Shown here piece by piece: positions 58,543-64,000 of a stretch of DNA of 64,000 nucleotides (positions within the stretch are counted from its first letter, which is position 1; each line of letters opens with the position of its first letter). The stretch is from a bacterium. Its GTDB lineage: Bacteria > Krumholzibacteriota > Krumholzibacteriia > G020349025. A program made the translations under genes and the position numbers. The stretch is from positions 1 through 64,000 of the forward strand of contig JANLSU010000018.1 of NCBI GenBank assembly GCA_031362565.1, given 5' to 3'. Below the pieces are notes generated by a model. It worked only from the letters and a program-made list of their open reading frames with translations, was not told the origin of the DNA and did not search any database.

Positions 58543-59790
58543 ATGAGTACCTATCGTGAAATCGATCTGAACCTGACCGCCGAGCACCAAGCGCTCAAAG
58601 CGGGCGTCCACCAGTTTTCCGCCCAGGTCCTGCGCCCCGCTTCACAGGCGCTCGATCGCCTGCACGATCCGCGACAAGTGATCGCCCCGGACTCGGCGCT
58701 TTGGGATGTATTCCGGGCGGCCTACGGGCAGGGTTTCCATACGGCACTCGTGCCGCGCGAGTGCGGCGGCCTGGGCCTCTCGGGGCTGGCTCTGCACATC
58801 GCACTCGAAGAACTCGGCTGGGGCAGCGCCGACTTTGCACTCGGGTTGGCGGTCGCCGGATTCCCGTTCGCAATGGTGGCGGGCACCGGCAACCAGGAAC
58901 TCATCGCCGAACTCGTCACCCCCTTCGTCGCCAACCGCGATGCGAGCCAAGTAGGCTGCTGGTCGATCACCGAACCCGATCACGGTTCCGATCAGTTCCT
59001 GGCCGGCACGCCCGAGTTGCGGAATCCGAAACTCGCCGGCCAAACAACGGCGCGCGCCGACGGCGACCACTACGTCATTCAAGGCGCCAAGGCGCTCTGG
59101 GTTTCGAACGGCACGATTGCCACCCATACCGTGGCGCACGTGACGATCGATCCTTCACAGGGACTGGCGGGCAGCGGCGTCGCCTTCATTCCGCTCAATC
59201 TGCCCGGCGTTTCGAAGACTCCACCGCTCGACAAGCTGGGCCAGCGGGCGCTCAACCAGGGCGGCATCCTGTTCGACAACGTGCGCATTCCGCGCCGCTA
59301 CATGATCTTCGATGCCACAGCCTACGACATGGTGCTGCGGCAAACCCTGGCGCTCACGAACGGCGCCATGGGTGCGGCCTTCACCGGCGTCGCGCGCGCC
59401 GCCTACGAGATGGCGCTCGCGTACGTCAAGACACGCGTGCAGGGCGGCAAGGCGATCAGCGAGCATCAGCTCGTGCAGAAGCACTTGTTCGACATGTTCA
59501 CCAAGGTCGAAACGAGCCGGGCGCTGTCACGCGCTGCATTGGCGTACAACGCCGTGACCAACCCGCCGGCGCTCGAGTACGCCATCGCGGCCAAGACGTA
59601 CTGCACCCAAGCCTGCTTGGAAGTCACGGACACGGCACTGCAACTCTTCGGCGGCAAGGGGCTGAGCCGCGAGTTCCCAATCGAAAAACTCTACCGCGAT
59701 GCGCGCGCGTCGTTGATCGAGGACGGCGCCAACGATGTCCTGGCGCTGGTCGGCGCGCGGCGCCTGTTGGAGGCGCAGCCGACCGAGTAG
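58543..59790 (+). CDS. Acyl-CoA dehydrogenase family protein
   Basis: ITEPDHGSD, WVSNG, KLGQR, FDNVRIP, RVQGGK.I..HQ, QLFGGKG, EKLYRDAR. Confidence 0.92.
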   Translation: MSTYREIDLNLTAEHQALKAGVHQFSAQVLRPASQALDRLHDPRQVIAPDSALWDVFRAAYGQGFHTALVPRECGGLGLSGLALHIALEELGWGSADFALGLAVAGFPFAMVAGTGNQELIAELVTPFVANRDASQVGCWSITEPDHGSDQFLAGTPELRNPKLAGQTTARADGDHYVIQGAKALWVSNGTIATHTVAHVTIDPSQGLAGSGVAFIPLNLPGVSKTPPLDKLGQRALNQGGILFDNVRIPRRYMIFDATAYDMVLRQTLALTNGAMGAAFTGVARAAYEMALAYVKTRVQGGKAISEHQLVQKHLFDMFTKVETSRALSRAALAYNAVTNPPALEYAIAAKTYCTQACLEVTDTALQLFGGKGLSREFPIEKLYRDARASLIEDGANDVLALVGARRLLEAQPTE

Positions 59791-59825
59791 CGGGATTTCA
59801 GGCGCTACTCCACGTGTTACCTTGC

Positions 59826-59851
59826 AAGGCCTCGTTCTCGGACGAGGCCTT
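59826..59851 (+). terminator. Hairpin after the acyl-CoA dehydrogenase gene
   Basis: AAGGCCTCGT-TCTCGG-ACGAGGCCTT. Confidence 0.55.
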
Positions 59852-59913
59852 GTTCGTGATGGCCCGTGCGGCGGGCGCCCGTTGGATGTGTCGACACGGA
59901 TGGAGATTTGACG

Positions 59914-60963
59914 ATGCTTCGCATACCGTTCGCGGTCACGGCTGGCCTCGCGTTCCTGGCTTCCGTCGCGACGGCGCAGGCGCCGAGTGCGACTTCGGCG
60001 CCGGCGGTTCCCGACTCGGCAGCGCCGCCCGCGCCGGTGCCCGCGCCACCCGCCATACCCGACACGGACATCTTCGTTGCCGATCTCGATCTCGTGGCGG
60101 GCACGGCGCGCGCACCGCACAACATCACGGCGCGCCCCGGGTACGACAATCAGCCAGCGTTTCTCGCTGACGGCAGCGGATTGCTGTACGTGGTGCGTGA
60201 TGATTCGGGCTCGACCGATGTGTGGCGCATCGACCTGGCGAATGGCCAACGCACCCAAGTCACGGCCACACCCGAGGCCGAGTACTCGCCGACACCGCTC
60301 GCCGATGGCAGCGGCTTTTCCGCCGTGCAGGTCGATGCACCACACGCCGACGGCGAGGTGTTCACTGAATCACAGCGCCTGTTCAAATACGGTTTCGACG
60401 GCAACGCCATCGGGCCGGTATTCGCCGACGTCCGTCGCGTCGGCTATCACGCCTGGATCGATGCGACGCATGTCGCGCTGTTCTTCGTCGGCAACGCCGA
60501 CGCCAAGATCCCGAATTCGCTCGGGCTGGCGGCGCTCCCGGCCGGCAAGGTCACGCCACTCGCGAAGGACATCGGCCGTTCACTCGGCCGTGCCCCCAAT
60601 GGGCGCGTCACGTTCGTGGATCAAAGCGTGGCCGCCGCCTGGACTGTCGCCACGATTGCGCCCGGCAAGGCGAAGCCAACGGTGCTGATCGCCGTCCCGC
60701 GCGGCGCAACGCCGGCGCAAACCACCGGCGAAGCGAAGCTCGCGGACCAAAGCCAGGACTTCTGCTGGTTGCCCGATGGCACGCTCCTGATGGCGAACGG
60801 CAACCGCCTGCTGCGCTGGGGCGGCAAGCGCGGCGAGAATTGGGCAACGCTGGCGGAGTTCGCCGACTTGCCGGGCCCGATCCGCCGGCTCGCCGTCAGC
60901 CGCGACGCCAAACACGTCGCCTTCGTCGTCGAAATGCCGGCGGCGCCTAAGACCGGCGGTTGA
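59914..60963 (+). CDS. Secreted TolB-like beta-propeller protein
   Basis: Signal peptide, Pro/Ala linker, GYDNQPAF, EYSPTP, VGYHAW. Confidence 0.78.
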   Translation: MLRIPFAVTAGLAFLASVATAQAPSATSAPAVPDSAAPPAPVPAPPAIPDTDIFVADLDLVAGTARAPHNITARPGYDNQPAFLADGSGLLYVVRDDSGSTDVWRIDLANGQRTQVTATPEAEYSPTPLADGSGFSAVQVDAPHADGEVFTESQRLFKYGFDGNAIGPVFADVRRVGYHAWIDATHVALFFVGNADAKIPNSLGLAALPAGKVTPLAKDIGRSLGRAPNGRVTFVDQSVAAAWTVATIAPGKAKPTVLIAVPRGATPAQTTGEAKLADQSQDFCWLPDGTLLMANGNRLLRWGGKRGENWATLAEFADLPGPIRRLAVSRDAKHVAFVVEMPAAPKTGG

Positions 60964-60987
60964 GTCTGCCGGGCAAGAGAGCAAGGC

Positions 60988-62700
60988 CTATTGAACCCGC
61001 TTCCCGGGCTGGTCCTGCCCGCCTTGGTGCAGGATCAGGCTCGTCATGCGGCCATCGGCGCCGGGTTGAAACTCGATCTGCGCATCGACCACCTTCAAAA
61101 AGAACATCGTCGCGGATTCGGGAAACATCTCGACTTTCGACTGGCCGGTCGCCTGCAGCATGAGGCTCGAACCCTCCAGCATCACCGCAAGGTTAAAAGT
61201 CGGAGCGAGTTCATAGACTCCGACGCAGGCTTCGAGCTGCGCCGGATCGAGACGGATGGCGTGCCGTACCACCGGAACCGGCTTATTCGTTCGCGGTGCG
61301 GTCAGCGTCACACCCGACTGCGTCACCGTCATGCGATCGACATGCCCACTCGCATCGTGGCCGAAAACGATGCGGCTGGCGCGTGAAACGTAAGCGAAGG
61401 TCGAGTCCGAGGTCGGAAAGATTTCCAGCTGGGCGCCGCCCGTGCGGTGCGCGAACAGTGCCCCACCGTCACGCACGATGTCGCGCGTCGTCACCGAGTC
61501 GACTTGGTAGACGCCTACGAAGCGATCCAGTTGCTCGGGTGTCATCGTGAACGCCCCGGGTTCCGGAAGCGGCTTCCCCACCGCGAGCCCCGCCACTTTC
61601 AGGGCCAGAAAATCGCCATCGACGACCGGTGTCCCGGTGTTGAACAGAAGTGCAACATACAGATGATCGTCGGGAAGGCGGGTCACATGCGAGAAAAAGC
61701 CGTTGATCCCACCGTTGTGCTCCTGGATCCGATGTCCCTCGTACTCTGAAATCGCCCAGCCGTACCCATAGCCCGTGGACTTGCCGTCCTTCAGGGTGTA
61801 CGGCGTGAACATCTTGTCGAGCGAGGCCGCCTTCAGCACCCGGCCCGCATTCAAGCCATTGTCCCATCGCAGCATGTCGTCGACGGACGACACGATCGCC
61901 CCGGCCGCATAGGGCGAGGTCATGCTCAGAGAATCGGCGCCGGCGATCGTGTCGCCATGCCGCTCGTAGCCCCACACTTCGCCCGGAAACGACGGCACGC
62001 TCTTCCCATACCCGGAATGCTTCATCCCGAGCGGCGCCAGAATTTCCGTCTCGAGAGCCTGGGCGTAGGTCCGGCCCGTCACCTTCTCGATGATCGCCCC
62101 GAGCAAGAAGTAGCCCGAGTTGCTGTACGCCCATTGCGAGCCAGGCTCGAAGTTCAACGGTTTGTCTTTGAACAGGTCGAGGAGCTGGGCGACGCTGAAA
62201 TCCCGGTTCATGTGGGCCTGCCAATCCGGCAGCCCCGTGTAGTTGACGATTCCCGATGTGTGGGTCAGCAGATTCTCGATCGTGATCGGCTTGCCCTGGG
62301 TTGGGTAGCCGGGAAGATAACGCGTGACGTCGTCTTGCAGCGACAGCTTGCCCTGTTCGGCGAGGCGCAGAATCACGGTCGCCGTGAACTGTTTGGTCAC
62401 CGAACCAATTCGGAACACCATCTCCGGCGCAATCGGTATCTTGTGTTCGACGTCGGCCAAACCAAAACCGCGCCGGTAGACCGCCTTGCCATCGCGCGCC
62501 ACGAGGACCGCGACCCCCGGCTTGTCGGCCGCAAAAATCGGCTGCAGCAAGGCGTCGAGGCCGCGGACAAGCGTCGCGTCATCGACGGCAACGCGATTGC
62601 CGACCGCCGTGGCGCTCTCGGCCAGCGCCGGCGCTGGCGCCGTTCCCAATGTCCCTGCCATCAACGAAACAGCAAACCAGAAACCGGCAAACCAACGCAT
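60988..62700 (-). CDS. Serine hydrolase (beta-lactamase/AmpC family) with DUF3471-like C-terminal domains
   Basis: SVTK (SxxK), LLTHTSG, YSN, HNGG; C-terminal YELAP.F...F.KVVDAQ. Confidence 0.9.
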   Translation of the reverse strand: MRWFAGFWFAVSLMAGTLGTAPAPALAESATAVGNRVAVDDATLVRGLDALLQPIFAADKPGVAVLVARDGKAVYRRGFGLADVEHKIPIAPEMVFRIGSVTKQFTATVILRLAEQGKLSLQDDVTRYLPGYPTQGKPITIENLLTHTSGIVNYTGLPDWQAHMNRDFSVAQLLDLFKDKPLNFEPGSQWAYSNSGYFLLGAIIEKVTGRTYAQALETEILAPLGMKHSGYGKSVPSFPGEVWGYERHGDTIAGADSLSMTSPYAAGAIVSSVDDMLRWDNGLNAGRVLKAASLDKMFTPYTLKDGKSTGYGYGWAISEYEGHRIQEHNGGINGFFSHVTRLPDDHLYVALLFNTGTPVVDGDFLALKVAGLAVGKPLPEPGAFTMTPEQLDRFVGVYQVDSVTTRDIVRDGGALFAHRTGGAQLEIFPTSDSTFAYVSRASRIVFGHDASGHVDRMTVTQSGVTLTAPRTNKPVPVVRHAIRLDPAQLEACVGVYELAPTFNLAVMLEGSSLMLQATGQSKVEMFPESATMFFLKVVDAQIEFQPGADGRMTSLILHQGGQDQPGKRVQ

Positions 62701-62798
62701 GATCTCTCCCCGGTGAACGGACGCCACGCGCCGCCAAGCGGCGCGTGATCTTGCCCCACTGCCCCGTCGCAGTACGAGGGTCGGATACGTATCGACCA

Positions 62799-63998
62799 TC
62801 ACGGTCCTGCCACAGATTCCGCGACACGGAAACCGAGGAATGGTGCGGAGTATGGGTACGGTGCCCAGCGGCGCTTCGAGCCTCCGAGTTCCACCGAGAA
62901 CGCATTCAGCGCCGGGATGAGCGGCCCATACCAGCTATCGCCGCGGCAGGCTTTGACGTCATCGATGCTGGGCAGAACGGTGTCGGGACCGTGCGGGTCG
63001 TCGGCCGGCGAATCGACGTAGTAGCCGAACGCAAACCAGTCGTAACACCATTCGGCGGCGTTGCCGTACAAGTCGTCGTGACCGTAGGGTCCGCGGCCGC
63101 CCGGGAAGCTGCCCACGGGCAGCGCACCGCCGAAAATCGGACCGTTGAACGGGCGGTTGGCATTGGGCGGTGCCGCGACGTTGGCTCGCAGTGAACCGTA
63201 CAAATCGAGCGGGTACGCTGGGTCGCCGTCCAAATTCTCGTTGATATGGAAATGCAAATCCTGGTTCCCCCATGGGAAGCTGCGATCAGGCGCGGGGTTC
63301 GTTCCCGCCGCCAAGCTGAGTCCGCCGCGTGCCGCTTTTTCCCACTCGGCTTCCGTCGGGAGGCGGTAGCCGCGGCGGGTGAAATCGCAGGTCACCGTGT
63401 ACAAATGCAGCGGGTTGGAGACGACGAACGTGTAGCAGGGCTCCAACGCCTCCATGGAACTCAGCCAATTGCAAACCGCGGCGGCGCCCACCCACCGAAC
63501 CCCGGTGGCCGGATACAAGTCGCGCCCTGCACGCACCATGATCGCGGTTCCGCTCCAGATCAGGTCACTTGCGTCCAGGGCGAGCACAACGGTCGGGTCG
63601 CCGCCGGGAGCGAGTGTCGAAACCAGAAAGTGTGGATCGGCTGCCGCCTGCACCAGCCCACGCGCTGCGGCCCATTGGATGGCCTGCGCCAACGTGGCGT
63701 TCGTCATTTCGGTGCGGGCGAGGGCGAACTCCGAGATTTCGAGCTGGCGCTGAGGACGCTGCAGTGAAAAGGCGCTCTGGTCGTCGCCGCGCAGAAAGGG
63801 TCCGGCGGTGATGGGGATCATTTCCAAGGAACCGTCGTGGTCGCCGACGCTCACATGGACATTCTGCGACAGGATCCGTTCTTCCGTGCCGGCCTGAATG
63901 CGAACGCGAACCTGCTGATCCCCGCCTCCGAAAAACTGCAACTGCAGTTCGACCCGCCCGACATCGTCGAACAGGTACGAATACTGTTCGGTCCATCC
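62799..63998 (-). CDS. FGE-sulfatase/SUMF1-family domain protein; 5' end outside window
   Basis: TEMTN, YRLPTEAEWEKAARGG, FPWG, GNAAEWC, LGFR; frame is open to the window edge. Confidence 0.85.
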   Translation of the reverse strand, partial: GWTEQYSYLFDDVGRVELQLQFFGGGDQQVRVRIQAGTEERILSQNVHVSVGDHDGSLEMIPITAGPFLRGDDQSAFSLQRPQRQLEISEFALARTEMTNATLAQAIQWAAARGLVQAAADPHFLVSTLAPGGDPTVVLALDASDLIWSGTAIMVRAGRDLYPATGVRWVGAAAVCNWLSSMEALEPCYTFVVSNPLHLYTVTCDFTRRGYRLPTEAEWEKAARGGLSLAAGTNPAPDRSFPWGNQDLHFHINENLDGDPAYPLDLYGSLRANVAAPPNANRPFNGPIFGGALPVGSFPGGRGPYGHDDLYGNAAEWCYDWFAFGYYVDSPADDPHGPDTVLPSIDDVKACRGDSWYGPLIPALNAFSVELGGSKRRWAPYPYSAPFLGFRVAESVAGP

Positions 63999-64000
63999 CC

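Noticed and set aside
62799..63998. True formylglycine-generating enzyme
   Set aside because: The catalytic Cys-pair motif near RGGS is absent (CRGDSWYG), so only the fold family is called.

Overview
High-GC bacterial chromosomal window with about 45 genes and no rRNA, tRNA, CRISPR, integrase or transposase. Several secreted proteins end in FlgD-Ig/T9SS-like C-terminal domains, which suggests (inference) an FCB-associated lineage such as Krumholzibacteriota, Latescibacterota or Eisenbacteria. In order: a partial HExxH protein, rlmD and yceI; an exosortase-A/PEP-CTERM-type glycan modification locus (3.6-19.5 kb) with GT4s, an AsnB-type amidotransferase, O-glycosylation ligase, FemAB, two deacetylases and a kinase plus NTase/NMP-kinase pair; then a three-unit tandem cassette array (19.3-30.6 kb). 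In the array the 3' end of a GT4 gene and the DJ-1/DUF4340 3' segment recur, joined twice at the same CCA junction, around different cargo (Ser/Thr kinase; FG-GAP protein; FG-GAP + FlgD + BNR proteins). Downstream: a Gld-like ABC operon, HD-GYP, mqnD, ileS, a nucleotide-sugar dehydrogenase, an RRM protein, amt plus porin, a hypothetical gene with a highly structured leader, ABC-F, a PadR-regulated ABC/M1-aminopeptidase module, acyl-CoA dehydrogenase, serine hydrolase and a partial FGE-family protein. Best leads are the cassette array, the riboswitch-like leader at 49.07-49.20 kb and a poly-G tract inside a candidate promoter spacer at 29.8 kb. All family calls come from motif reading, not database searches.
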